From NCBI GenBank assembly GCA_963693365.1, contig CAVNZM010000012.1, positions 3,879,292 to 3,943,291 of the forward strand: a stretch of DNA of 64,000 bases. The letters are read 5' to 3'. Each line of letters opens with the position of its first letter. Position 1 is the first letter of the stretch. Of the stretch, positions 11,899-29,383 are shown piece after piece. The translations under genes were made by a program, and so were the position numbers. Under the pieces are notes generated by a model that made no database searches, was not told the origin of the DNA, and saw only the letters and a program-made list of their open reading frames with translations. Origin of the DNA: Amoebidium appalachense. Its lineage: Eukaryota; Protista; Ichthyosporea.

Positions 11899-14800
11899 GG
11901 TTGTTATTGTGTTTCTACGGAGTGGTGTGGTGTTATTCTGAATGGGTAGTGTATTGTAAATAGGTGTTGCGCTTAGTCTAAGGCGATGTTTTTTGGTTGT
12001 GCATCTGTGGTAGGTGTATCTGCTGGACGTTTTAATGGTCGCACATGTGTGATGGGTGTAGATGGAACTTTGAAAGAGGTTCTGAAACGATTATAGGCAT
12101 GTGCCATGACATGGATGGGGGTGTTCCCCGGCCCTTAGGGCCATGGATGGCCTGGTTTAGGGGTGGATGCGCGAAGGATACTATTTATTAGCAGATAATA
12201 AAAAGCGACATTTGAATCGATGTGTGCGACTGAATCGATGTGTGCGACTGAATCGATGAGCTCAATGACAAAGTTGTCAGATTCTTTTTTTCCCCCGAGT
12301 TCTCTTTATTCCTTTATTTTTTTGTGTCACGGCCGCGGTGTGTTTTCGTCAACAGATGATCCCGACAAGTCTTACATCAGATACCCTTACTTGTGCCATG
12401 GCCCTGTGGCTCGAGTGAGTCGAGTCACGTCCGGATCCGACGCTTGTGGAAGGCGGCTCATAAAAGCATTTGCCGCGCTCCGTGTTGTGAGCCACTTCAT
12501 TATCCAACCAGCCAATCACGTACCATACATTTACGCAAAAATAATCGGAAAGGCAGCACTGGCCTGCGAAAGGTCTCGCAAGAGGCACAAGGATTGCACC
12601 CACCGCAGCCATAGGGGGTCTCTCTCGGGAACCCGAAATAAAGATATGCAGTGTTTACTAGTGGTTGTAAATTGAACTTTATGGGGATAGAAACCTGTTT
12701 AGAAATTTTTTAGCTAAAAACAAGCATGTCAGTCCGAAAAATATATGGTGTTTATGGGCCTTTTGCGGCCAGTGATGTCACGATATATATATCGATCGAC
12801 ACATAATTCATCGCGACCACTTTGAAGGCAGTTTTTCTTGTGATTGAAACCCTTTCAGCAATAAACTTACGAATCAACATAGTATATTTATGTGTTTCTA
12901 TTAGACTGCAATTTATCTAAAAATATTTCTTGCAAAATATACTATGATTTTTGTTTCTTTCTTGGGTTGATGGCTGATGTTTGAAAGTGGTCATTACGTC
13001 CGAAGCTTGGCACTGGTCCCGAATATTCGTTGGTCAAAAATGCGGCTCACGGCCTTTCGGCAACTGATCGAAGAGTCAAAATAGAAAGCATTTGATGCCT
13101 TATGATTGGTGGTTTAGCCTCCTCTCAGCTGGCTATACTCTCCTTTGTAACCTAAGACCGTTTGGTGCGCATATTTTGAGTAGAAATATAGGAAGAAACA
13201 CAATTAGGACCCAAATATGTATGCTGCTTGAAAAAATGCTGCTTTAGCATATACTTTGCTTTGTTATTTGACAAACAGCACCTGCCATTTCCATAACTGC
13301 CTGAATCCATATCACGCGGCATTTGCGCCGACCTGATCAATTTGCATGCCTCCAAAACACCAATCATAACGAACCAGCAACTTCGATCCGATGGCATATA
13401 AATGCTTCTCCAGCCTCGTTCACTTCGTGTTGAGCAGTCGTCTCGACTTCTTCGGAACGCCCCGTGCGGCGTGGGTGTGGAAACATGGACGTCCCACCCG
13501 AAACATAAATGGTAAATGCCCTTCCTTCTGGGATGGGGCAGTTGCTAGACTCTCCGAGCTGCGCTCTGCGGGGGTCAATGCTTGCACGTGTGATTCGCTG
13601 TTGTGAAGAGAGATGATTGTGTTCGATTGTTGTAGGTGTTAAGGGTGTGGGGAAAGGGGCTTTGGTATGGCAAAGGGGTTGTGGAGGCAGAAGATTAAAG
13701 TTGTCGTGCCCAGGTGTCACCCAGCCAGCTACGGCGATCTTCAACAGCTAGGCAAACGCCCGTTCCGCCCCGGCACAGCCTTTACCTCGTTTGTAGACCA
13801 GGTGACCTTAATTCGGGCAAGTTATCATATACGTTATTCTACCGTCAGTGATTTTTCCCTCGTGATTCTTATCGGTGCTGGAAATGCGTGGAGTGCACGA
13901 AATGTCTAAGGGAATGCACGAAATGTCTAAGGAAATGGGCTCAGGAAAAAGCAAAACTTAAGTTTACCTCATCACATTAATCGCAGAGTTTGCATGATAT
14001 CATTGAAAGGGAATCTTATGAAAGACATCGAAATAGGTAGTGAAATAAATCCCGATGTTCGTGCGAAATCCAAAGGGATATTGTGATTTAGATCGTGGGT
14101 GGGTTCAGTTTACACTATTGCAGGTTCTACTGTGGTTTATGAAAAGCCTCTTCAACCAGTCCTTCTCGTCCTACATAACGGTACCGTCCAGATGTTTTTA
14201 ATTAATGGATTGTTGTATTAGCCCCGTCTATCTGATTCTCGTAGCATGTGTATTAGCCCCGTCTATCTGATTCTTCTCTTTATCACTCGTAGCATGTGTA
14301 AAGTTTTCTCTCATTCCGTTATAATTTCCTCATCATTTCCTTATATCTTTATATCTTTCAAAATCTTTTCTTTCTCCATATCTTTCAAATTCTTTCCTTT
14401 CTCCATATCTTTTCCAAAATCATCATTATCCATATTGCATTTCATTAGTTTCGTTCTCCTTCCTTTTTTCCTCCATATCTTTTCCAAAAGCATTCCAAAA
14501 TCATCTAGCATCCATATTGCATCCATTCTTAACTACTCGCTATATGAAAGCAGATAGAATTAGACATTGCGGTCCTCGTTAGTATTCTATCCGGTCACTC
14601 TATTGCAAAGAAATATGCCTTTTGTATTAGAGATATACTGTGTAAACAGTCAAATCGGAAGTGGAAAGCACGGAAGTAGGCTAAGGAAAAGGGACATCGA
14701 TTACTTTTTTTTTCTCTTCATCATATCTTCCTACACAAATTCGAGGGTTGTGATATTTCGTCATCCGTTCTCTCTCTTCGTATCGCCATTTTTGTTTACA

Positions 14801-15733
14801 AATGGGTTGTACTTCCCGGCTTTTGCGTCGAAATTTTTCGTTCGATTTCGGTTTTTCGGCATGGATATTGTAGAGCACCACCCCGGGGGTTTCTCATGCA
14901 CTGCAGACTGCCTGCCTGGAGACGTGTCCACCATTGCTCCTCAGTGCTACCAGCCACAGCGCAGGGGCGTCATTCAACAGGTATGCAAATAACACGGTTC
15001 TGGTGTGCTAGGATGTGTTATAGGTGCGTGACATTTGCGTGTATGTTGTTAGTTTGGCAATACACCTTTCAACATATGTTCGTTGGGGAGTAGCACCTAT
15101 TAATTGGTGGGTTCCGGCCGAACACTGACGTGTGGAGGGGGGGGGGCTGCCCTCCCTCCCTACTGTTCCATGCAGAGGTTCTGCGTTGATCCGTCCACGG
15201 GGGTAGTTCGGCCCGATGTGCGGCCCTCCGTTGAGCGATCCACCCTGCAGTTTCCCTGGTATGTGTTCCACTACATTGCACGTCTTGATGCAACATCACG
15301 ATGAATCCACATACACCACGGCACATGGACTGTTTGGGTGTTTGCATAGGTAATATGCTTTATATGCTTACGCTAGTATACATGAGGTGTGTGATGTAGT
15401 AGTGTGTGTAGGGGAACGGGCGGTTAGGGTTTGTATGGTGCGGGTGGTGGATGGGGAAAGGGGGGGGAGATGCTAGTATTGCTGAGGGTGTGAGATGGTG
15501 TGTTTGTGGGTGGGGGGGGGGGGGGGGGGGGGGGTGGAGGTCGATGGGAGGTGGAAGATTAGGGAGAAACACAAGTGTGTTTCGATGTTGTGGAATAGTT
15601 CAGTGAGTGATTTGAAAGTTTTAGCCGATTACTGACTGTGACTGGGGGGTGGGCCTACACCGTCAAACCGTCTGGGAGGGTACGTGGGAGGCTACCATGT
15701 AAAGGTGAGTGTCCTGTAGCACGCACGCATGCA

Positions 15734-15784
<51 letters not shown>

Positions 15785-16301
15785 CTACATGTAAGATCCT
15801 TTTCCCCCCTGTCCCGGTTTAGTCCTTTCCTCTCGTGGCCGGTGCCCGTGTCACCACATTTGTGTATATGGTGTGTATCATGCTGTACAAGATTGTGTTG
15901 TGTTGGTGCCCGTGTCACCACATTTGTCACCACATTTGTGTTCGTGCAGTCCCACCTTGTAAGAATGGTCTTAGGTTGTGTATGGGGTGCCCGTGACACC
16001 CTCTAGCCCTCGGTGCGCGTGACACCATGTTTTAGGCCAACCAGATCCGTTCTTTCTCTCTCTGAGGCGCTCGTGACGTCTCTTTAGCCCTCGGTGCTCG
16101 TGACGTGACACCATGTGAATATATCGCAATGCGGATCCGGTGCTCGTGACACCACGTTTTTTGTGTTTCCGGTGCCCGTGACACTTTGGGATGTGTTTTC
16201 TGTTTTGTGTGTGTCACCATGTTGTTTCCTCGGTGCTCGTGACACCACGTGTCCAAGGTGCTCCTGACATATGGAGGTGGGTTTTTTAGTCTGGGTGTGG
16301 A

Positions 16302-16505
16302 TGTTGTTTTCAATTCATGGAGATGGGGTTTTTTTTAATCTTGGGTGTGAGGTTTTTTACATCTCGTTAGTATTGTGTGTTTTCAATTCATGGAGATGGG
16401 GTTTTTTTTTAATCTTGGGTGTGAGGTTTTTTACATCTCGTTAGTATTGTGTGTTTTCAATTCATGGAGATGGGGGTTTTTTTAGTCTTGGGTGTGGGGG
16501 TTTTT
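16302..16505. repeat. Tandem repeat, 73-74-bp unit, about 3 copies
   Basis: caattcatggagatgggg recurs at 16311, 16384 and 16458. Confidence 0.9.
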
Positions 16506-16707
16506 TACTCTCCCGACAGATGTACTCTCCTTCGGTCGTGTCTTCTTGGGTGCCTGTTTTCTCGTTCTTCCTTCCCCGTCTGCCCTGTTTCTGCCCCACG
16601 TACTTCACTACATGCTGCTTGTGACTGGGCTGGTTTCTACCTCACCACTGCCCTGCGCTACACTGCACCACCCTGTCACACCTCTTCCGGCCACACGAGA
16701 GACAAGA

Positions 16708-16803
16708 TCTGCACCCCAAATCCCTCTACTTACACTGTCCTGCCTAGCCCTTGTCTGCACCCCAAATCCCTCTACTTACACTGTCCTGCCTAGCCCTTGT
16801 CTT
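16708..16803. repeat. Tandem duplication, 46-bp unit x2
   Basis: tctgcaccccaaatccctctacttacactgtcctgcctagcccttg at 16708 and 16754. Confidence 0.9.
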
Positions 16804-17819
16804 CCTAGTCTATCCTCTCTCCCCCCCCCCCCCTCACGTACACAACTCCCCCCCCACCACCCCTCCCTTCTCCCCTCTTCTTTACACACCGTCTTCTTTA
16901 CACACACACACACACACACATACACACACACACTGTCTTTGGTCTTGGTCTCAAAAAATGTGACATCGGTGCTCGTGACGCCATTATCCTCGTGTATGGG
17001 TGCTCGTGACGCCATGGTTTTGTTACCGTCTTGTGTCGCCAATCTCACGGCAAAGCAAGCAAGCACTGCAAAATGAACACATCTAGACACGCGCAGCACA
17101 ACACGCATCCCATGCACACACGACGACAGCACTTGCTGCTCGCTGCGTAACATCTAGTGGTCTAGCGAAAGCAAGGCGTGCGCCCCACCCGGCCCTCCTG
17201 TTGCTCAGCTTCCCTAATGTGCAGCGCTGTCTGTGTAGTGGTGTGTTGTGCGCCAGCGGACTAGTCGCGGCGCCCCCGGGGGTTTGCCCTGGGGTCCAAC
17301 GTCTCCAAAGAAACTTGTCGTGCAATACCCCAGTGAGTGCTTGTTAGCACTCAGGGTTGTGGTCTTTGTCGAAAAAGTGCAATAAATAAAAATGTCTTGG
17401 TAAATGGATTTACATTGCCTTGTCGTTTCGTTGGTCCCCCCCCCCACCCCCGACCCTGTCCTAACCCCACCTCTTGTGTCCCCACCCTCTCCACTGTTTC
17501 TCTTCCCCCCCCCCCCCCCCCCCCTCACCTCTTGCGTGTCTAACTCGCCTCTTCCGTCCCCTCTCACTCCCTCCCCACCGTTTCCCCTCAAAATCAACTG
17601 TCGCCCCCCCCCCCACCCTCTCCCCACACCACACCCTCCTCTTTCTCCCCCCCCCCCCCCCCCCCAACCACCACCACGTACACGGTCACACACACACGAC
17701 CATGTGCACTACACTAACCGAACAACTCCTTCAGACTTATTGCAATAACACTTCATTCACAAGCACACACTTCACTTCACTTCACAAGCACACACATGCA
17801 TCCCTTCCCCAACCATGTT

Positions 17820-18420
17820 TCGCCTTGCACCTGCTCTCTTGCTTTTTATGCACCCCACACCAGCCTAACTTACGTCTTGCACCTGCTCTCTTGCTTTTTA
17901 TGCACCCACACCAGCCACACACATGCATCCCTCTCTCAACCATGTTTCGTCTTGCACCTGCTCTCTTGCTTTTTAAGCACCCACACCAGCCTAACTTACG
18001 TCTTGCACCTGCTCTCTTGCTTTTTATACACCCACAGCCTAACTTAAGTGTCTAATCGATTTTCAACACCCCCCCGCAGGGGCCTCTCCCCCAAATCCCC
18101 ACCTCCACCCACACTCACCCACAACACGTATCTCACATGCATCTCTCTCCCTCCAAACATGCATCTCTCCCCGGGCTCTCAAACATGTTTCGTTTTGCAT
18201 CTGGTTTTCTCTAACCGGTGTTCACCTTCCCTCCCTTTCTCTCTCTAACCGGTATTCACGAAGTTCCCTCCCTTTCTCTCCTCCCCCCCTCCTTCCCTCT
18301 CACACCCTATCCCGGGTTTCGTTTTGCATCTGGTTTTCTCTAACCGGTGTTCACCTTCCCTCCCTTTCTCTCTCTAACCGGTATTCACGAAGTTCCCTCC
18401 CTTTCTCTCCTCCCCCCCCC
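17820..18420. repeat. Two adjacent minisatellites (about 50-bp unit x4; about 128-bp unit x2)
   Basis: ttgcacctgctctcttgcttttta occurs four times in 17820-18050; gtttcgttttgcatctggttttctctaaccgg occurs near 18187 and 18315. Confidence 0.85.
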
Positions 18421-18846
18421 CTCCCCCCCTCCCCCCCTCCCCCCCTCCCCTCCGTCCCTCCCTCCCTCCCTCCCTCTCACCCTATCCCGGATCCCCCACA
18501 CATGCACACACGTTTTGTGGGCGCGTAGGCGCGCGTGTGCATACACGTGTCTTGTGTACTTGTGTGTGTAGTGTTCCGGATGTGTCTGACTGGTAGACTG
18601 GACACTCACCAAATTAAAAGGTGGGGAGCTTTTATGTGTGTGCACTGTGTGGTGGTGGTTGTGGTTGTGGTAATGGTGGTGGTTGGGGGGGGGGGGGGGG
18701 GGGGGGGGGGGCTGACAAATTTAAACGTGCAGTTGGAATTGGGCGGAGCTCGAGGGGAGGAGACAAATTCGACAGGGAGGTGCCATAGGAAGGGACACGT
18801 GCAGATGTGATTGAGGGGGCCTCGGTGTGGGGGGGAAGTGTGTGTG

Positions 18847-18888
<42 letters not shown>

Positions 18889-19688
18889 CATGTGGAGGGG
18901 GAGAGGGGGGGGGGGGGTCCCGGAGGGAAGGGGAGGGGGGGAGGCGGGGACACGTGCAGACATGGGGATGGGATTGAAGGACGGTGGGGGGCCCCGAGTG
19001 TGTGTGTGTGTGTGTATGTATGTATGTGTGCGTGTGTGTACATGTGCGTGTGTGTGTGTGTGTTGGGATGGGGGGGGGGGGGGGGGGGGCGGTATTCTCG
19101 CGTTTCTTGCACACACGTGTGACACGTGCCCACAGGCGCGCACACAGGCGATGGTGAGTCACGTGCAGCACACACACACACGAAGACACACGTGTCATGC
19201 ATGTGCATGCGTGCCGTGGTGTGGACGGGGTACTTCATGATGGGGTCACCGTGTGGTGCACGTGGGTGGGGGTGGGTACTCAAGTTAATAACACATACAC
19301 GCACAAGCGCACGCGTGCCCATGCACAGAAACTGAACACACACACAGTCACACATACACACACACACACACACAACACACAGTCACGCACACACACACAG
19401 TGTCTCGTTGTGTACACCTTTGTATATTCGGGTGTGTGGGCGGGGGGTGGGTGGGTACCCCAGTAGTCCCGGACGAAGTTTACAGTTTATGATGACACAC
19501 ACCACAAGCACGCACACACACAGCACACCCACACAGCCACATACACACTCACTGGTGTGTGCGGGTGTGTGTACATGTGTGGACTGTGTGTGTGTGGGGA
19601 CTAGTGAGCGTGTGCGTGTGGGCTGTATGTGTGTGTGTGTGTGTGTGCGTGACTGTGTGTTGTGTGTGTGTGTGTGTGTGTATGTGTG

Positions 19689-19721
<33 letters not shown>

Positions 19722-19784
19722 CTGTGTGTGCGTGCGCGTGTGGTGGGTGGGTGGGTGGGTGGTGGTGGTGGTGGTGGTGGTGGT

Positions 19785-19843
<59 letters not shown>

Positions 19844-19988
19844 TAATGTTTTTTGCCTTCCCGGACGATTTGTAGCTGAGGCATGCGCACGCACGTCCAC
19901 ATGAATATGTGTGAGTGGGTGTGTGCGTGGGTGGTTGGGGAGTGGATGTGGGGAGCCTCCAGGGGGGGGGGAGGGGGAAGGAGGAGAC

Positions 19989-20019
<31 letters not shown>

Positions 20020-20517
20020 GGGGGGGGGGGGAGAGGATTTATAGGCTGACTGATTTTCGAAGTTTGAGTGGGTAACACAAGGGTTGTAGTAATTGGGAAA
20101 TTCGGCCTAAAGAAACAGTTCCATTTATTTATTTATTTATTGCCGGGAATAATCCTCCAAACGTCATTTGACCATATACATACATGGTTACCGTGGGAGT
20201 TTCATTCGTGGATGTGTACAAACCAAAATAACCGTTTACTACTACTTTTTGATGGTTTGTGTTTCGATAAGAATATCAACTTGTTCAGTACAGACTGACA
20301 GTTAAAATCCCACACAAGCGGCAGAAATGAATACGGAATTGTGGTCAAACGTACTAGCAACGAGTCTGTGTTTGCAATTCAGTATCACATCTGCACGTGT
20401 GCCTGTGTGTGCGCGCGTGCGCGCGTGCATGTGTGTGACACTGTGTTTGTGTGTGTATGTGTGCGCGCGCGCGCGTGCGCCTGTGAGTGTACATGTGTAT
20501 GTACACGTGCGTGTGCA

Positions 20518-20575
<58 letters not shown>

Positions 20576-20770
20576 GGGGGGTTCGTACATGTGCAGGATA
20601 ATGTGCGCGTCAACGTTATATGGTAAACAAAACTGCATAATATCATTCGTTAGCCAAACTACACACCCGTCGGTGGTCATAAACTGTTCTACCCTAAAAA
20701 TGAAGAAGAGATAGGGTGGGCCGGGGAAGAGGTGAGGGTGTGTGTGCATTCCCCGGGGAGGGGGAGGGGC

Positions 20771-20801
<31 letters not shown>

Positions 20802-20919
20802 AGGGGAGGGCTACATAGATCATTCAACCTATGCCCCAACACACCTCTTTCAAAAATTGGAATGTAGGTGGACAAAACGGGCGGGGCGGGGGGAGGGGGG
20901 GGGGGGGGGGGAGAATGTG

Positions 20920-24853
<3,934 letters not shown>

Positions 24854-24894
24854 GCCCCCTGCGAGATATGTGCTTAGATAACTTGCAGATATAC

Positions 24895-24933
<39 letters not shown>

Positions 24934-25126
24934 TGATCAATGGCTGTTTCATACGATACACGAGAGCTCTGATAATGGAATGGTGGAAGAGTGAGTCGGT
25001 GTGTATAGCAAGATTTAACAAGTGAGGGAAGGAAGACGGAAAGGGCATTAACATAGAATGCACATGACATTTTATTTTCTAGAACTGGCAAAAGTGAGCG
25101 GTATACATACATACATACATGTGTGT

Positions 25127-25165
<39 letters not shown>

Positions 25166-26941
25166 TGTTTATGTGCGAGTGTTGTGTGTGCATGTGTGCG
25201 TGTGTGCGCGTGCGTGTGGGGAGAGGAGGACAGTTGGAGAGAGAGGGAGAGGGGAGGAGGGGGTCTATGTGTGCAAGGGAGGTGATAAATATATGTGTGT
25301 GTGTGCGTGTACTCCCGGGGGGGGGGGGGGGGGGAGAAGCCAAGGGGGAGGGGAAGGGTAGGGAGAACGAAGGGGGTGGATAGAGACTGGGGAAGAGCGG
25401 GGGGGGGGGGGGGGGAGGGGGGGGGGGAGGAAATATGTGTGAGAGAGGGGACAGAAAATGAGAGAAAGCATGCAAGCAAGCGAGGGAGAGAGAGAGAAGG
25501 GAGGGGGCGGGGAGAGAGAGCGAGGGGGAGAAAGGGGGGTAGGGATGGGGGGGGGGAGAGGAGGAGGGAGGGGGGGGGGGGGGGGGGGGGGAGAGAGAGA
25601 GAGAGAGAGAAACAGAGAGAAAGAGAGACAGACAGACAGACAGAGAGAGAGAGAGAGAGAGAGAACGAGAGGTAGATAGAGGGAAAGTGAACGAGAGATA
25701 GAGAGGCAGCGCGAGCGAGTGAGAGAGGGGGGGGGGGGGGGGGGGGGGGGGGGAGGGGGGAGAGTGACCGATAACGAGAGAGAGCCATATCACGATAAGG
25801 TGGGAAAAAACGGTTTGGGGAAGGCTGGAGAGAGTAAAGCATAGGGAGTCGTCGATGCACAGATGAAGAGTGATGGACTGAGTTTCGGGGTGTAACCCAG
25901 AACCATTGCAATAAAGAAGCAGCGAGAAGACAGGGGGCGGGGGGGGGGAGGGGGGGGGGGGGGGGGAGGGGGAGGGGCAGGAGGTGGCCGGATTGTGGGC
26001 ATCAGCCTAAAGACACAAAAGGAAAACAGATGAGTCAGTGAAGGTAGAGAAAAGATGTTGCGGAACCACTATTAATATTAGAAGTGTTCATGGGCAGGGT
26101 AAAGGTTTCAATTCACTATCGAATGAGAAAAGTGCAATCAAAGCAAACAATAAAATAGGGCCAAGCTAATCAAAGAAGAAAACTTAAAAGTGCCTCTGAA
26201 GCTTCCATCTGACTTCTGCAGAACAAAGCACACAAAAGAACTAAGCAGAAGCACACTGAGCCAAGACCTAATAAACCTGTGAGAGTCTTAAGGAGATTAT
26301 GGGAGAGAGTGAGTGGATGCACACCTCTAAAGCTCCCATCTGTCTTGTGGTCATTCGAAGCAGAGAGAGTGTAGGGCACCAATGTTAGGCCCCTCAGTTT
26401 GAGTACCTGTGTGCTGTCCTCTTCAGCCTGCCTGTCTGTTTCTTTGTCTTTCATCTTCGTGCTCATCTTTTAAAAAAAAACAGCTTTCATATTCTAGTGG
26501 CAACAAAAGACACTGACACTTAAAAGCTCCGAGCGAGTGAGAGTGATGGTTTGTTTGGTAGGTGTAGGAGCATGTGTACGCTCCAGGCCAATGTACATCG
26601 CCAGCTTGATGTAGAGGAACAAAAATTGCACGAAAGGTCGTATGTTTCGTGGTTAGTGATTGTACGAAAGATCCTATGTTTCGTGTGAAAGTCTTGCTTG
26701 GCCAGTGGGTACGTTCGTGTAGGTGCTGGTGTACGTGTCAATGTTGACATGCAGGCTGATGCCAAGTGTGCCCCGGCACACACCTGCACCACTGTGGCAC
26801 TAGGCACACACAAGCGCACACGCTCACGCACATATACACACTGACACACAGCTACACAACCCACGGTTGTTATACTAGGTGTAGTACATACATTCTCACC
26901 ACCGTGAAAGCACTTTCACTCATCCCCATGTTGTATCATAG

Positions 26942-27167
26942 GAACACGTCAATAACGTTCGGAACTCGATGAGGCAGCACCCGGACATGCCCACGTACCC
27001 CCTCGTCCTCAACCTTAGCCAGAAGGATGCCAATCTCTACGGTCTTGGTGACCTTGAGAATGCCCAGCGCGACAAACATTGGCTTCAAGGGGAAATCCAG
27101 AAGATGCAGGAGAAATTGGACCCTGAGGTAAGTTGCAGCCCCCCCCCCCCCCCCCCCCCCACCCCCT

Positions 27168-27198
<31 letters not shown>

Positions 27199-27867
27199 CC
27201 CCAAACTGATCTCGTACCAATCACCTTCACCCCCGCCATCCTCCTCAGTCTATCTCGGAGCTCCCTACAGCCACCTCCCTTTTTAACATGCACCAGCACA
27301 AAACTGTCACGTATCCCCCCATCTGTACAGTTCGTAGGGGTGATCCATATATATGTATACATGCAGCTTCCCGGGTTAGGCCTAGTTGTTGGAATAATCG
27401 GGAAATTATCTGCAAAGAAATATATACTTACACACACACATTGACCGGGTCATGCATTTGCACATTGTGCATGTTCTCCTTTCCTTGTGACTTCTGTCCT
27501 AACCTTTGTCCAAACAGGGATCGGCTGCTGTTGAAATACCCCTAATTGGGGGGAATGATCGGCCGTTTGGTTGCATGGGCGGCCAGCACACCGTTTGCGC
27601 TGTGGAGTCCCTCGTCCAACACATGGGGGATGACATTCTGGATCACCCGGCCCTCCTCAAAAAACTGGTGCTATCGGCATATGTAATGTTCCCCGATTCT
27701 TGCCTCCCTCACGTAGCCCTCCCTCATCCAACTTTACCCCCCCCCCCCCCCCCCCCACACACACACCCATTTAACCCCTGCAGGTGCACTACAACGATCT
27801 ATCATGGTTAACTCCCCCTCCACCTCAGGAATGTCACACCTCCGACCCCGTGCAGAAGGGGGGGAAG

Positions 27868-27901
<34 letters not shown>

Positions 27902-28493
27902 TACAAAAAAAGTCTTAGACCATAATTCATTGATTTTCCACTTAGCTTTTGCGCCCTTTGAATCGTAATCGTTTTTATATCATGATGAAACATTTTGCAT
28001 TGATTTTTTTGTTAAAAAAAACGTGGGGGGTTTGTGGGAAGGCACGTGCAAAATCTCGTAGGCCCACGGTTTCCCCCTTGCAATGACTGGCCGTACTAAG
28101 GGGGAGGGGGGAGGGGGCAGGGGGGAGGGGGGCAGGGGGGAGGGGGGCAGGGGGGAGGGGGGCAGGGGGGGGAGGGGGGGGGTTGCAGCTGATGGATTGT
28201 GTACTGTCTGCCTCCCCTGACTTGCACACAGCCAAGCACACCACACGGCATTTCTTAACATCAGGCACCCGATTGCGCAGGTCTACTACAACCTGACAAA
28301 GGACGAGATGCGCCTGGTCGGGGCCCACCACAACAAGATCCAGACGATGAGCATGGAGCTGAGCATGTTTATTCGGCTCGAGAACGGCCGTGAGAAGATC
28401 AAAGAGGTGCTCGGCATCCCACCCAACAAGCCCCTCGGTCCGGACGCGTATGTGCGCATCAAGGCCTTGAAGGATGGGGGATTGCTTAAGTAA
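26942..28493 (+). CDS. Spliced gene fragment encoding an uncharacterised protein with a ParB/sulfiredoxin-like motif
   Basis: GC3-rich exons 26942-27127, 27518-(27667 or 27682) and (28265 or 28281)-about 28490, with GT-AG borders and poly-C after the donors. Peptides EHVNNVRNSM..., CMGGQHTVCAV, VYYNLTKDEMRLVGAHHNK. Start and end not resolved. Confidence 0.7.
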
Positions 28494-28743
28494 ACAGACC
28501 CCCCCCCCCCCCCCCCTCCCCTTCTCCCCTCTCTCCCGAACTCTCGAACCATGTCCTCCTCTCTCTCCCGGGCGCTTGAACCATTTCCTCCTGCCTCCTG
28601 CCCCCCCCCCCCCCCCCTCCCCCCCCCCCTCCCCCCAGCCTTCCCCTCACACCATCTTCCCCAATTAGGCTCCCTAGACAGAGACAACTTAGCATCCCAT
28701 CACACACACCACTCCAACTGTATACCAGCCCTTCATTCGGCAG

Positions 28744-28782
<39 letters not shown>

Positions 28783-29224
28783 CTTATTAATATCTCCTTC
28801 AACCCTGCTTCCCCCTCCCCCCTCCCCCCCCCCCCCCCCCCCCGGCGCCTATTGATATCTCCTTCAACCACACCCTGCTTGTAACAGAGTTGCTATTCGT
28901 CACGTATAGCAACTCTATGTCTACGTGTACGTGTACGTGTGTCTGCCTTTCTGTGGGTAGGCGTGTTGAGGGGGGGGGGGGGGGGGGGGGGGGGAGGGGG
29001 GGTGGACATTGTGTACGTGCATGACTTTGCGGGTTAGGTGTATACTCTGGAAATGACATTGAAGGGTTCCCAATGACGGTCCATGTACATAAACCACGGA
29101 CGTCACGCGCCAAACATCACGGTACACAAACCAGTCACATGCATACGACTGAGGACGATTCAATCAAGGATATGTATGACATTTGCCTGCATCCGCATGC
29201 GCGTCTGAACAATCTGGTTGGGGC

Positions 29225-29383
29225 TCATTTTTGGCCCTCCTCCGAATCTTTGTTCTGATTGGCCAACTCCTCAAATATGTCCCCGTTGTCATCCTCAAAG
29301 AGCTCAAATGATTGGTTGCTTATCAGCGTTGTCTGCTGAAGTGATTGGAAGCTGGCCCGCCGGGGCCGTTGAGATTTAGGTCC
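29225..29383 (-). CDS. Possible terminal exon of an unidentified gene (acidic C-terminus)
   Basis: CAG acceptor at 29384-29386 followed by 52 open codons, GPKSQRPRRASF...FELFEDDNGDIFEELANQNKDSEEGQK*. No upstream exons could be linked. Confidence 0.3.
   Translation of the reverse strand, partial: GPKSQRPRRASFQSLQQTTLISNQSFELFEDDNGDIFEELANQNKDSEEGQK

Larger units (their letters stand above)
1..12200 (-). mobile_element. Non-LTR retrotransposon (LINE; ORF1 + APE-RT ORF2), interrupted by an LTR element; 3' end lies beyond the left window edge, 5' boundary approximate
   Basis: ORF1 at 10924-11898, APE endonuclease motifs at about 9900-10931 and RT motifs at 1-1514, all on the minus strand. Removing 1515-9895 restores one continuous ORF2 frame (...TTGDP-LIDSDKYF...). 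Confidence 0.93.
15841..17015 (+). repeat. Cluster of about 12 same-orientation copies of a 16-bp motif GGTGCYCGTGWCACCA
   Basis: Copies near 15841, 15905, 15986, 16012, 16066, 16093, 16139, 16171, 16232, 16257, 16968 and 16999. Confidence 0.85.

Noticed and set aside
12200-15300. Possible genes or LINE remnants
   Set aside because: Frames are broken by stops and contain no motif I can identify with confidence.
15841-16275. CRISPR-like reading of the 16-bp motif array
   Set aside because: The repeats are too short and degenerate, spacer lengths are very uneven, the context is eukaryotic and there are no cas genes.
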